Assembly: GCA_020439025.1 (NCBI GenBank)
Contig: JAGQTO010000083.1
Coordinates: forward strand, 152 to 64,151
Source of the DNA: Mycobacterium sp.
Lineage (GTDB): Bacteria; Actinomycetota; Actinomycetes; Mycobacteriales; Mycobacteriaceae
Reading direction: 5' to 3'
DNA: 64,000 bases
The notes under the pieces were generated by a model. It made no database searches. It saw only the letters and a list, made by a program, of their open reading frames with translations, and had not been told where the DNA came from. This document shows, one piece after another, positions 10,113 to 20,264 of this stretch (positions are counted from its first letter, which is position 1; the number at the start of each line of letters is the position of its first letter). A program made the position numbers and the translations under genes.

Positions 10113-10910
10113 CTAATTGGTCAATGCGACCGATGCCTCCGCCGTGTAGCAGAGGAACGTCAGGGTTTCGTCCAGATACAGGCGCACAGTCTCGGCGTCA
10201 TGGCTGAGGTAACCGATCGAGACATCGGTGCCCAGCTGCAGGTCAAAATCTCCGCCCCGGGTGCTCAGCACGAAGGCCCCGTCGATAGCCGGTGCCCAGA
10301 TGATCTCCCCGTCCACCAGCCGGTTGAGGTGCTCGCGAATCGGATAGCCATGCTCAGTGGTCTCGCTCACCTTGGTGTAGGCGTCGGCCGACAGGAGCAC
10401 ACAGTACGGGCCATCGACGCCGGCCAGCCGCAGCTGGGAGAGCGCCTGGGCGAAGACATCGGGAAACTCCCTAGGGTCCGACGGCAGCGTGAGCGCGGGA
10501 TTGGAGCTGACGCCCCGGATGCCGTCAATCGCCGCTTCGGAGTAGCCCTCGAAGATTGCGCGATCCTCGGCGAACGCCAGCTTCTTGGCGGCATCTTTGA
10601 CCGGATCCCAGTCAGAGTCAGACGATCCACGCTCAACATCGTCGATGGCTGTGCGCGACAAGGTGAACGGAACCCGGAGCCGCACCAGCGGCTGGGCATC
10701 ACGCAGGTGGGCCACCACGCCGGGGCCGGGTGAGGCAACATCCAGCAGCCGCCCAGTCGTCACCGCGGCCGTCGCCGCGCCGTGCGGCCCGGTCACGTCG
10801 ACCACGCGCCGGCCGGCGATATGCCGCTTGAACGTCCGGCTGGCCTCCAGTTCGATCTCCCCCCACGCAGCCTCGGTGATCGGGGCGAGTTCACGGTACA
10901 GATTGTTCAT
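10113..10910 (-). CDS. cfp29: Family 1 encapsulin shell protein (Cfp29/linocin M18)
   Basis: MNNLYRELAPI, RTFKRHIAGRRVVDV, TRGGDFDLQLGTDVSIGY; 265 aa; downstream of DyP. Confidence 0.95.
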   Translation of the reverse strand: MNNLYRELAPITEAAWGEIELEASRTFKRHIAGRRVVDVTGPHGAATAAVTTGRLLDVASPGPGVVAHLRDAQPLVRLRVPFTLSRTAIDDVERGSSDSDWDPVKDAAKKLAFAEDRAIFEGYSEAAIDGIRGVSSNPALTLPSDPREFPDVFAQALSQLRLAGVDGPYCVLLSADAYTKVSETTEHGYPIREHLNRLVDGEIIWAPAIDGAFVLSTRGGDFDLQLGTDVSIGYLSHDAETVRLYLDETLTFLCYTAEASVALTN

Positions 10911-11914
10911 AGGGGTAATCCTTTCAAGCTTCCGATCGCCAACGAGCCCTCGGCGCCGGTGGCCGGCCTCGCACCGGGAAATGGTGCTGGGTCGTCAAGG
11001 AAGTCGGCGGTGGGGGTGAAGAACGCAGTACCGGTGACCGCCTCGGAGAAATCCAGGATTCGGTCGGTGTTGCCGGGTGGGTCACCGATAAACATGTTGC
11101 GCAGCATTCGCTCGGTCACCACCGGGGTGCGCGAATAGCCGATGTAGTAGGTGCCGTACTCGCCCTTTCCGACCTGGCCGAACGGCATGTTGGCGCGCAC
11201 GATCTTCAACTCGTTGCCGTCCTCGTCCTCGATGACGTTCAGCGCCACATGGGAGTTGGCGGGTTTCACGGCGTCATCGAGTTCGATGTCCTCCAGTTTG
11301 GTGCGTCCGACCACCCGCTCCTGTTCGGTGACGCTCAGCGCCTCCCACGCGGACATGTCGTGCACATATTTCTGCACGTGCACGTAACAGCCGCCGGCGA
11401 ACTCGGGATCCTCGTCGCCGATCGCGGTGGCACTCAGCGCTGCCTGGCCGTCCGGATTCTCGGTGCCGTCGACGAAACCGAGGAGGTCGCGATTGTCGAA
11501 GAAGCGGAAGCCGTGGACCTCATCGACGACGGTGATGGCTCCGGCCATCGCCTTGACCACCTGCCCAGCAAGTTCGAAGCAGACATCAAGCACCTCCGCG
11601 CGGATGTGGAACAGCAGATCCCCAGGAGTGGCCGGTGCCCGGTGACGCGGACCGGTCAATTCCACAAACGGGTGCAGCTGCGCGGGGCGCGGGCCGCAGA
11701 ACAACCGGTCCCATGCGGACGACCCGATCGAGGTGACCATGGACAGCCGCTTGGCCGGGTCGCGGAACCCGACCGCGCGAACCAAGCCCGCCAGATCGGG
11801 CAGGGCTCGGTGGACTGCCGCCTCGCCTCCGCCGTCGATGGTGGCGACCAGGAAGATCGCCGCGGGGCTCAGCGGTGCCAGGACGGGCTGGCTGCGGGGC
11901 AAGGGCACCCTCAC
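10907..11914 (-). CDS. dyp: Dyp-type peroxidase, encapsulin cargo
   Basis: LLGFVDGTENP, QKYVHD, SHV, IVRANMPFG; C-terminal targeting peptide GSLAIGSLKG. Confidence 0.93.
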   Translation of the reverse strand: MRVPLPRSQPVLAPLSPAAIFLVATIDGGGEAAVHRALPDLAGLVRAVGFRDPAKRLSMVTSIGSSAWDRLFCGPRPAQLHPFVELTGPRHRAPATPGDLLFHIRAEVLDVCFELAGQVVKAMAGAITVVDEVHGFRFFDNRDLLGFVDGTENPDGQAALSATAIGDEDPEFAGGCYVHVQKYVHDMSAWEALSVTEQERVVGRTKLEDIELDDAVKPANSHVALNVIEDEDGNELKIVRANMPFGQVGKGEYGTYYIGYSRTPVVTERMLRNMFIGDPPGNTDRILDFSEAVTGTAFFTPTADFLDDPAPFPGARPATGAEGSLAIGSLKGLPL

Positions 11915-12332
11915 GACTTTACCGGGAAGCCAAGTGGGCGAATCCGCCTACTGAAATCAATTGGGCCAGCACACCGCAAAGTCCGGCGTTATGGCCCCAA
12001 AAACAGTTCTGACTGATGCATCAGTTGCCTGCGCACTGGCAATCCGATCCGTGCGGCGCTACTTCGGTGGGCGGAACTGGACTAGCCCCGAAGGCGGATA
12101 TCAGTTGCGCAACAGTCAACTTGAATCATCGACCGAAACTGCAGGCGGGCCTCACGACATTTCAGATCGAACCACGTGAGATCGGTCGGAGACCGACAAG
12201 AATCGACTCCCCTCCCGCTCAAGGATTATCGAGGCATTTGGTTGCGGGAGTCTTGGCGTGCCCACATCTGGGTCGGCTCGCCGTGGAGGAGTCGGATCGA
12301 GGCTGTGGGTCGATACATGGCCTGCTGCACAA

Positions 12333-12376
12333 CATCTTTCCCTTCACTACGCGTCATCTTCCCCTTCACTACGCGT
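12333..12376. repeat. 22-bp tandem duplication (1 mismatch) in an intergenic region
   Basis: catctttcccttcactacgcgt / catcttccccttcactacgcgt. Confidence 0.75.
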
Positions 12377-12575
12377 CGCGATCCTTCCGCGCTGGTAATC
12401 AGATTCCTGCACCGATGTGACCCTGGGAGGAGAGGAAGGTGAGGGCCCCCTCTCATGAACGACTCGCCTGTGAGCTATACAGTCCGGCGCGATCCGTAGG
12501 ACGGAATCGGCAGCCCTGAGCTAACCGGGGCTAGGATCGCCCGTCGGGTGGCCGGCAACAGGGCGGACGGTGAGT

Positions 12576-13442
12576 ATGCAGGCAAGCCACTTCAGTGTGG
12601 TTGGTCTCGGGCTCAGTGTTGCCCTGGCAGTGCTGGCCGGCGCGGCTACCTGGGTGGCCCGTCGGCCACAGTTGCGAGGCTGGCCCGACCTGGCGGTGAT
12701 TGGCCGGCTACGACGATGGGGGTCGGCCAATTTCGGCGAATTGATGTCCACGGCCCGCGACCGGCTGGGGCGCGACTGGTCCGCGGCGGTGGCCCTGATG
12801 GCCGGACTGGTGGCCGTGATGGTGTTCGCGGTCGGGTTCACCGCCCTGCTCGACGATGCCCTCGAAGGTGACGGCCTCGCCCGGATCGACGAACCAGCGG
12901 CCCGATGGCTCGCCACGCACCGCGAAGGATGGTTGAACGCCAGCCTTACTCTGATCACCCACCTGGGCGACGCCCCTACCCAGGCCCTGTGGCTGACCCT
13001 CGTCTGCGCAGTCGCGGCGTGGCGGGCACGCTCGTGGCTGCCGGTCGTCCTGGGCCTCGTGGGAGGCGTCGGTGTCGCCGTCATCATCGTGACCGCCAAG
13101 ACCTTGGTGGGCCGGCAACGCCCCGATCCGCCGTTCGCTCTGGTCAACAGCCACGGCTTCTCGTTCCCCTCCGGACACGCCGCGGGGGCCGCTGCCGTCG
13201 GCCTGCTCAGCGCCTGGATGCTATGCCGATGGGTAGTACGCCCGTGGGCCGGCCAGGTCGCGGTCTGGGCGCTGACTCTCGCCGTCGTCGGCCTCATCGG
13301 GTTCTCCCGCCTCTATCTGGGCGTCCACTTCGTCACCGACGTGCTGGCCGGCTGGCTGCTCGGCGCGGCGTGGGCCGGCGCCGTCGTCAACGTGACGGCG
13401 TGGTGGTACCGCCCCCCACCCATCAGACCCCTCAGGAATTGA
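12576..13442 (+). CDS. PAP2 family membrane phosphatase
   Basis: KTLVGRQRP, SFPSGH, SRLYLGVHFVTDV motifs; multiple TM segments. Confidence 0.88.
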   Translation: MQASHFSVVGLGLSVALAVLAGAATWVARRPQLRGWPDLAVIGRLRRWGSANFGELMSTARDRLGRDWSAAVALMAGLVAVMVFAVGFTALLDDALEGDGLARIDEPAARWLATHREGWLNASLTLITHLGDAPTQALWLTLVCAVAAWRARSWLPVVLGLVGGVGVAVIIVTAKTLVGRQRPDPPFALVNSHGFSFPSGHAAGAAAVGLLSAWMLCRWVVRPWAGQVAVWALTLAVVGLIGFSRLYLGVHFVTDVLAGWLLGAAWAGAVVNVTAWWYRPPPIRPLRN

Positions 13443-13545
13443 CCACCCGTCGACTCGCCGAGGACGCCGACACTTCACGCCAATGCCAGTTGAACATCCA
13501 GTCGATCGCGATCAACCACTAACCGCGGCTGCTAATTTCAGGCCT

Positions 13546-14313
13546 GTGCTGCCACTGAGCGCCATGGACGCCTCCGATGTCGCCGCGGTTTTCACCGATG
13601 TCGACGACACCCTGACCTGGCGCGGGGCCCTTGTCCCCGAGGCCTATGACGCCATCGTCCGCCTTACTCGGGCCGGCGTACCGGTGGGGTTGGCCACTGG
13701 GCGCGCCGGCGGCTTCGCCGAGGTTCTGTCGGTGCTGTGGCCGGTCACCTTCGCCATCGCCGAGAACGGCGGCTACGCGGTGCTGCATGACGGCCAGACC
13801 CGGTTCTGGGACTCGCCCGAGGACCGCGCTGTTCAACGAGCCAGGCTCGAAGGCCTGGTCGCGGAGGCCGCCGGCGAACTGCCCCACGTGAAGCTCGCGA
13901 TGGACGCCAACCTGCGGCGGGTCGATGTCGCGTGGGATCTGCACGAGCAGTGCGATGTGAGCCCCGAGGACACCGCGAAACTGGCGGACCTGTGCCGGCG
14001 CAACGGAGCTCAGGTGTTGACGTCAAGCATCCACCTGCACGCTTTCCACGGCGATCATGACAAGGCGGCCATGATCCTGCGCCTGGCCGACGAACTGCTG
14101 GGCCTCACCGAGGACGAGGCGCGAAACCGCTGCGTGTTCGTCGGTGACTCGCCCAACGACCAGGCCGGGTTCACCGCGTTCGCCCGCTCGGTCGGCGTGG
14201 CGAACGTCGCCGATCACGCCGACCTGCTCGCACCCCCGCCTGCCTACATCGCCTCCCGACCCGGAGGATTCGGGTTCGCCGAGATCGCTGACCGGGTGCT
14301 CGCGGCGCGATAA
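13546..14313 (+). CDS. HAD-IIB family hydrolase/phosphatase
   Basis: DVDDTLT motif I, ATGR, AENGG, DK, GDSPND; start uncertain (13483/13546/13564). Confidence 0.85.
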   Translation: MLPLSAMDASDVAAVFTDVDDTLTWRGALVPEAYDAIVRLTRAGVPVGLATGRAGGFAEVLSVLWPVTFAIAENGGYAVLHDGQTRFWDSPEDRAVQRARLEGLVAEAAGELPHVKLAMDANLRRVDVAWDLHEQCDVSPEDTAKLADLCRRNGAQVLTSSIHLHAFHGDHDKAAMILRLADELLGLTEDEARNRCVFVGDSPNDQAGFTAFARSVGVANVADHADLLAPPPAYIASRPGGFGFAEIADRVLAAR

Positions 14314-14339
14314 GCCGAAGAGCCCCTAATTCAGGCGCG

Positions 14340-15674
14340 CTAGTTCAGACGCGGCTCGACATCACGGCGGTAGAGGTTCTCCAAGTCGTCACGGAGCGTG
14401 TCGAGCGCGCCGTCGATCGAGGCTCCTGTCGTCAGAATCCTCTGGACGGTTCCGGAGATGGCCCGGTCCCCGCCCGGTAGGAACACCCGCGCGTAGTCCT
14501 GGCTCCGCGCTTTGGCGAGTTGCTCGACGGCGATCTTGAACTGAGGCGTCTCGGCGTAGACCGCGTCCATGTCCGCCCCGGTCTGAACAGGAAGGTAGCC
14601 GGTGGCGGCGGAGAAAGTCGCGGTGTTCTTGGCGTTGGTCATGAAGGCGATGAACATCGCCGCGGCGAGTTGTTTGTCCGGCGCGGATTTGGCGGCGATC
14701 GCCAGACCCGCCCCACCGGTGGGCACGACCTTGTCCTGGTCGACCGGCCCGCCGGGCAGGAATCCGACACCCACATCGAACGTCGCCGCTTCCAGGATGT
14801 CCTTGAGCGAACCCGTCGAGGCGATGACCGCACTGACGGCACCAGCGGCGAACGGTGTCGTCGGATCACCACTGGTCACGGTGGCCCAGCCAGATGTAAC
14901 CCCGGAACGGGCGAACTCCATCGCATCCCGGGTCTCGGAGTCGGCGACCACGTTCATGTCCCACTTGTCACTCCACCCGCCGCCATAGCCCCAGACCAGG
15001 TTCGACATCGTCCACCCCACGTACTGATCCTGGGGTGGGAACCCGAACGACGGCACCGTCACGCCGCCCTGTTTGAGCCGGCGGCCGTAGTCGGCGGCTT
15101 CGCTCCAGGTCGACGGTGGGCGGTCCGGCAGCCCGGCCCTGCGGTAGTGCTCGGCGTTGTAGTAGAAGATCGGCGTCGACCGCGAGTACGGCAGCGCATA
15201 GTGCCTGCCGCCGTAGAGGTAGTCGTCGTAGAGCGCCGGGCGGTACCCCTTGGTGTCGATGCCCCGCGCGGCCAGCACCGGCTCGAGCGGGATGATCGAG
15301 CGGTTCAGGTAGGCGGGAAACCATGTCACATCGCTGACCACGACGACGTCGCCGACACTGCGACTGGTCTGCGCCGCCTGGAACTTCTGCGACACCTCCT
15401 CGTAATTGGCCCCGGCGGTGACGAGGTTGACCCGGATACCGGTCGCCTTGGCGAAGTCGGCGACCAGGGCCCTTTCAGTGTCGATCGACCCGCCCGGATG
15501 GTTGGACCAGAACGAGATCTCCGAAGCCGGCTGAACGCCGGTGTAATCGACGTCGAAGATCTCGTCGCTGTCCCCGGCCCCGGTGATGACCGGCCCACCG
15601 CACCCCGCCAGCGCCGGAACCAGGGCGAGCAGGACGGCCAGCGCAAGCCGAATCAGACTGTGGCGAACGATCAT
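14340..15674 (-). CDS. ABC transporter substrate-binding lipoprotein (UgpB-like)
   Basis: Lipobox LAGC, YALPYSRSTPIFYYN, PTGGAGL, ATGYLPV; ATGA overlap at 15671-15674. Confidence 0.88.
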   Translation of the reverse strand: MIVRHSLIRLALAVLLALVPALAGCGGPVITGAGDSDEIFDVDYTGVQPASEISFWSNHPGGSIDTERALVADFAKATGIRVNLVTAGANYEEVSQKFQAAQTSRSVGDVVVVSDVTWFPAYLNRSIIPLEPVLAARGIDTKGYRPALYDDYLYGGRHYALPYSRSTPIFYYNAEHYRRAGLPDRPPSTWSEAADYGRRLKQGGVTVPSFGFPPQDQYVGWTMSNLVWGYGGGWSDKWDMNVVADSETRDAMEFARSGVTSGWATVTSGDPTTPFAAGAVSAVIASTGSLKDILEAATFDVGVGFLPGGPVDQDKVVPTGGAGLAIAAKSAPDKQLAAAMFIAFMTNAKNTATFSAATGYLPVQTGADMDAVYAETPQFKIAVEQLAKARSQDYARVFLPGGDRAISGTVQRILTTGASIDGALDTLRDDLENLYRRDVEPRLN

Positions 15675-16546
15675 TTCACCGCGCCCTGGGTCAGCCCGGC
15701 GACGATGTAGCGCTGCAGGGCGGCGAACACGATCAGCACCGGTGCGATGACCACCACCGCGCCGGCCATCAGAATGCCGTAGCTTCCGGTTTGGGTCTCG
15801 ATGGACCGCAACAGGTTCAGGCCCACCGGCAGGGTCATCTTCTCCGGGCTGTCGATGATCACCAGTGGCCAGAGGAAGTTGTTCCACTCGTTGACGATGA
15901 CCACCAGCGCGACGGTGGCGATCGTCGGGGTGCTCACCGGTGCCACAATCTGCCAGAGACGACGCCAGTGACCCGCGCCGTCCAGTTCGGCCGCTTCCAT
16001 CAACTCGGCGGGAAGTGTCTTGAACTGCTGGCGCAGCATGAAGGTGCCGAACGCCGTGCCGAGGCCGGGCAGGATGATTCCCCACAGGGTGTCCCGGCCG
16101 CCGATGGAGCTGATGGACAGGAAGTTGGGCAGCATGGCCGCTTCCGGTGGCACCATCAGCGCCACCAGGATGCCCAGGAAGATTCCGTTGCGGAACGGGA
16201 TCTCGATGAACACGAGCGCATAAGCCGTGGTGATCGCCAGGAACACCTTGATGGCGGCTCCCACGAAGGTGACGATCACGCTGTTGAGGAAGACTCGGGC
16301 CAGCGGCACCCGGTCGGCGACGGCGGCGTAGTTATCCAGGGTCGGGCTCTTGGGCAGAAAGCCCGGATCCAGCGTCACGATCTCCGAAATCGGCTTGAAC
16401 GAGGCCACCACCATCCACAGCAACGGCAGGGCGATCACCAACAGGGCCAGGATCATCGGGACGTAGCCGGCCAGCAGGGTCGACGCGAGGTTCTTGCGGC
16501 TCAGGGCCTTGAGCCAGGCGGGCCGTTCGGCGACCTGATCTGTCAT
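15671..16546 (-). CDS. Carbohydrate ABC transporter permease (UgpE-like)
   Basis: EAA loop ELMEAAELDGAG, WNNFLWPL; TM pattern. Confidence 0.9.
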   Translation of the reverse strand: MTDQVAERPAWLKALSRKNLASTLLAGYVPMILALLVIALPLLWMVVASFKPISEIVTLDPGFLPKSPTLDNYAAVADRVPLARVFLNSVIVTFVGAAIKVFLAITTAYALVFIEIPFRNGIFLGILVALMVPPEAAMLPNFLSISSIGGRDTLWGIILPGLGTAFGTFMLRQQFKTLPAELMEAAELDGAGHWRRLWQIVAPVSTPTIATVALVVIVNEWNNFLWPLVIIDSPEKMTLPVGLNLLRSIETQTGSYGILMAGAVVVIAPVLIVFAALQRYIVAGLTQGAVK

Positions 16547-17469
16547 GAGTAGTGCACCTTGCGCTCCACAAAACGGATCTGGATGGCGGTGATGGCGAAG
16601 AGCGTCGCGAACAGCACCACCGAGATGGCCGCCGCGTAGCCGGCGCGCTGGTAGGTGCCGAAGGACTGCAGGTAGATCTCGAAAACGATGCTGTTGGTGC
16701 CGTTTCCGGTCGGGGTCATGATGCGCAGGATGTCGAAGGCCTGCATCGAACTGAGCACCATGGCGATGGACAGGAAGAACACGGTGGGACTCAGCAACGG
16801 CAGCGTGACGTTGAAAAACCGCCGGATCGGACCCGCGCCGTCGATGGCCGCCGCCTCAAGGAGATCCTGCGGAATCGACTGCAACCCCGCGAGATAGATC
16901 ACCGCGCAGTAGCCGAGGTTCTTCCAGATGTAGACGGCGATAACCATGACCAACGCGAGGTTGCGGTCCAGGAACCATTCCGGCGAGGTCGCCCCGAACA
17001 TCGCCAGGAAGTGACTGAGGATTCCGATCCTGGGGTCGAAGATGAAGCTCCAGACCAGACCAACCCCGACCCCGGACAGAACGTAGGGCGAGAAGAGGGC
17101 GGTGCGCGCGGCGGTCCGGCCGGGAAGCGCGCGGTTGAGAACCAGCGCCATCAGCAGACCCAGGACCATCGACCCGGTCACTGTGGCCAGGGTGAAGATG
17201 ATGGTGACCCGCCAGACCTCCAGACCACTGCGGGAGGTGAAGAATTCGGTGTAGTTGTCCAGGCCGATGAAGTGCGCCGTCCGAGCCCCCAACCGCCAGT
17301 CCAGGGTGGAGAAGTAGGCGTTTGCGAAAAGCGGGTAGTAGATGAACGACAGGATGAGGGCGATATTGGGCCCGGCGAAGAGGATGAAAAGAAAGTAGTT
17401 GCGCGACTTGTTGATCCGCCGCGCACGCTGCGCGGTGGCTGCGGCCGGCGCGGGGGTCGTCACGGCCAT
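16543..17469 (-). CDS. Carbohydrate ABC transporter permease (UgpA-like)
   Basis: WKNLGY...LAGLQSIPQDLLEAAAIDGA, LPLLSPT. Confidence 0.9.
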   Translation of the reverse strand: MAVTTPAPAAATAQRARRINKSRNYFLFILFAGPNIALILSFIYYPLFANAYFSTLDWRLGARTAHFIGLDNYTEFFTSRSGLEVWRVTIIFTLATVTGSMVLGLLMALVLNRALPGRTAARTALFSPYVLSGVGVGLVWSFIFDPRIGILSHFLAMFGATSPEWFLDRNLALVMVIAVYIWKNLGYCAVIYLAGLQSIPQDLLEAAAIDGAGPIRRFFNVTLPLLSPTVFFLSIAMVLSSMQAFDILRIMTPTGNGTNSIVFEIYLQSFGTYQRAGYAAAISVVLFATLFAITAIQIRFVERKVHYS

Positions 17470-18536
17470 GGCAACCGCGTCTCCGACTGCGCGTCGAACA
17501 GGTGAAGATGTTCGGGCACGGGCGCCAGAACGACGGTGTCGCCCACCGCGGGATGGCGGCGTCCGTCGACCCGGGTGACGATATCGACCTTCTTCCGGCC
17601 GATGTCGGCATGACCGTAGAGGTAGGCGTCGGCACCCAGCTCCTCGACCAGGTCCACCGCGACCGCCAGACCCTCGCCCCCGGGGGGCACCACGACGAGG
17701 TCCTCGGGCCGGATGCCCATCAGCGCCGTCCCGCTGGCCGGAGCGCCCGATACGCCGACGGCCGCCGTTCCGAACCGCACCGCCCCGGAAGCGAACTCGG
17801 TGGGCAGCACGTTCATCGACGGCGATCCGATGAAACCGGCGACGAACACGTTCGCCGGGGTCTCGTAGAGCTCCCGGGGGGTACCGACCTGTTGCAGGAC
17901 ACCGTCTTTGAGGACGGCGATGCGGTCGCCCATCGTCAGCGCCTCGGTCTGGTCATGGGTGACGTACACGGTGGTCACCCCGAGTCGGCGCTGCAGCGAT
18001 GCGATCTGGGTGCGGGTCTGCACCCGCAACTTGGCGTCGAGATTCGACAGCGGCTCGTCCATCAGGAAGACCTGTGGCTGGCGCACGATCGCTCTGCCCA
18101 TCGCTACGCGCTGGCGCTGACCGCCGGACAGCGCGCGGGGCTTGCGGTCCAGATAGGGTGTGAGGTCGAGCAGTTCGGCCGCTTCGCGAACCCGCCGGTT
18201 GCGCTCGTCCTTGGGGACTCCGGCGATCTTGAGCGCGAACCCCATATTCGCCGCCACCGTCATGTGGGGATAGAGCGCATAATTCTGGAATACCATCGCG
18301 ATATCGCGGTCCTTGGCCGCGATGGTCGTGACGTCACGTTCCCCGATCAGGATCTGACCGCCGTTCACCTCCTCCAGGCCGGCCAGCATCCGCAGCGAGG
18401 TCGACTTGCCACAGCCCGAAGGTCCGACGAGGACCAGGAATTCGCCATCGGGGATGTGCAGGTTCAGCGTGTCGACCGCCGGGCGCTCGGCGCCCCGGTA
18501 GACGCGGCTGGCATCGATGAAACTAACGTCGGCCAC
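17460..18536 (-). CDS. ABC transporter ATP-binding protein (UgpC/MsiK-like)
   Basis: GPSGCGKST, LSGGQRQR, DEPLSNLDAKLR, VTHDQ. Confidence 0.93.
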   Translation of the reverse strand: MADVSFIDASRVYRGAERPAVDTLNLHIPDGEFLVLVGPSGCGKSTSLRMLAGLEEVNGGQILIGERDVTTIAAKDRDIAMVFQNYALYPHMTVAANMGFALKIAGVPKDERNRRVREAAELLDLTPYLDRKPRALSGGQRQRVAMGRAIVRQPQVFLMDEPLSNLDAKLRVQTRTQIASLQRRLGVTTVYVTHDQTEALTMGDRIAVLKDGVLQQVGTPRELYETPANVFVAGFIGSPSMNVLPTEFASGAVRFGTAAVGVSGAPASGTALMGIRPEDLVVVPPGGEGLAVAVDLVEELGADAYLYGHADIGRKKVDIVTRVDGRRHPAVGDTVVLAPVPEHLHLFDAQSETRLPWP

Positions 18537-18782
18537 GGCAGCGCTCCGTCACGACGGACAGGCCAGCGAGCAGGAAGGAAATCTCTCGCCGCAGGCGACT
18601 GCCGTGCGGGGTATCCAGTGTCTTGAACATTCCCCGTTTTCCCGTTCAGCATTGAGGACGGGAAAACTTTCCTGAACGTCGGTGACGGAACCGTGGCGCG
18701 CCGGACACTGCGGGGTGAACTCAGCACCAGAACTAGGTGAACGGCCGAACGCCATCCCCGCCCGAGCCCGGGCGCGGGGCGG

Positions 18783-19295
18783 TCAGCCCACGCCGCGGCT
18801 GAGCCAGCTCACCTCGCCGCTGTCGCCGCCGTCACGGTAGGGCTCCAGGGCGTCGTCCCAGGCCGTTCCGAGCACGGTGTCCAGTTCGGCTGCGAGGGTG
18901 TCGGCGCCGGCCGACATCAGTGACCGCAGCCTCATCTCGCCCACCATGATGTCGCCGTTGGCGCTCATCGCCCCGCTCCACAGACCCAGCTGCGGGGTGT
19001 GGCAGAACCGCTGCCCGTCAACACCCGGGCTGGGGTCCTCGGTCACTTCGAAGCGCAGCACGGACCAGGAGCGCAGCGCATTGGCCAGCCGCGCCCCGGT
19101 GCCGACGGGACCAACCCAGTTGGTGACCGCGCGCAGCTGACCGGGCATGGCCGGCTGCGGGGTCCACCTCAGGTTGGCCCCTGCCCCCAGGGTTGAGGAC
19201 AACGCCCACTCGACATGTGGGCACACCGCCGCGGGTGAGGCGTGGACATAGACCACACCTGTCGTCGCGTCGGCGAACTGATTCGACGCACGCAT
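18783..19295 (-). CDS. DUF3145 family protein (Rv2256c-like)
   Basis: GVVYVHASPAAVCPHVEWAL, LRFEVTEDPSPGVDG; aaggag RBS. Confidence 0.85.
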   Translation of the reverse strand: MRASNQFADATTGVVYVHASPAAVCPHVEWALSSTLGAGANLRWTPQPAMPGQLRAVTNWVGPVGTGARLANALRSWSVLRFEVTEDPSPGVDGQRFCHTPQLGLWSGAMSANGDIMVGEMRLRSLMSAGADTLAAELDTVLGTAWDDALEPYRDGGDSGEVSWLSRGVG

Positions 19296-19402
19296 CTCTA
19301 CTCCTTCGGCTCCACGAGGGACGTCTTCCCCAACGACCTGGTGATTCCGAAGATGCAGTTGTGTCGTACGTGCCTATTGTGCCCCCTGATACAACTGTTG
19401 CG

Positions 19403-20230
19403 CTAGTCCGCTCCGAACTCTCTTAGAACTTCGCCAGACAGCGCCGGCCAGAGGGGTTTGGCCCAGTCCCCGAAGTCACGGTCGGTGAGCACCACCAAGG
19501 CCAGGTCGGCCACCGGGTCGACCCAGAGGAACGTCCCGGTCTGACCGAAGTGACCGTAGGTCGCCGGCGAGTTTCCGGCCGCCGTCCAGTGCGGCGACTT
19601 GGCATCACGAATCTCGAAACCCAGGCCCCAGTCGTTGGGCCGCTGCATGCCGTAACCGGGCACCACCCCACTGAGCCCGGGAAACTGGACGCTGATCGCC
19701 TCGGCGTGCATCTGCGGTGAGACGACCCGGGGACGCAGCAGATCCCCGGCGAACGCGGCCAGATCCGCCACGCTGGACACGGCGCCGAACCCCGCCGCCC
19801 CCGCGCCCCCATCCAACCGGGACGCCGCCATCCCCAGCGGTTCGAACACCGCCTCGGCCAGGTAACCGGCGAAGTCGATCCCGGACTCGGCTTCGATAGC
19901 CTCGGCGAGCACGGCGAAACCGAAATTGGAGTAGATCCGGCGGGCACCCGGCCGCGCCAGCACCTCGCCGGACTGCATCGCCAGTCCGGAGGCGTGGGCT
20001 AGCAGGTGACGCACCGTCGCACCCGGCGGCCCGGCCGGGGTGTCGAGGTCGACGACCCCCTCCTCGACGGCCACCTGCGCGGCCCGCGCCACCAGCGGCT
20101 TGGTCACCGAGGCCAACCGGAAGGCCCGGTGGACGTCGCCGTGCTGCGCGAGCACCCCGGACGGCCCGACCACCGCCGCGGCGGCGGCGGGGACCGGCCA
20201 GTCGGCGATCAGGTCAAGGGCACGCGACAT
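19403..20230 (-). CDS. Serine hydrolase, beta-lactamase-related (Rv2257c-like)
   Basis: SVTK (SxxK), [18 protein letters not shown]. Confidence 0.88.
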   Translation of the reverse strand: MSRALDLIADWPVPAAAAAVVGPSGVLAQHGDVHRAFRLASVTKPLVARAAQVAVEEGVVDLDTPAGPPGATVRHLLAHASGLAMQSGEVLARPGARRIYSNFGFAVLAEAIEAESGIDFAGYLAEAVFEPLGMAASRLDGGAGAAGFGAVSSVADLAAFAGDLLRPRVVSPQMHAEAISVQFPGLSGVVPGYGMQRPNDWGLGFEIRDAKSPHWTAAGNSPATYGHFGQTGTFLWVDPVADLALVVLTDRDFGDWAKPLWPALSGEVLREFGAD

Positions 20231-20264
20231 CGGGGCAACCGTATCCCGACTAAGGTCTCAACAC

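Noticed and set aside
10113-10910. Phage capsid or prophage
   Set aside because: HK97-fold protein is an encapsulin with DyP cargo; no phage genes nearby.
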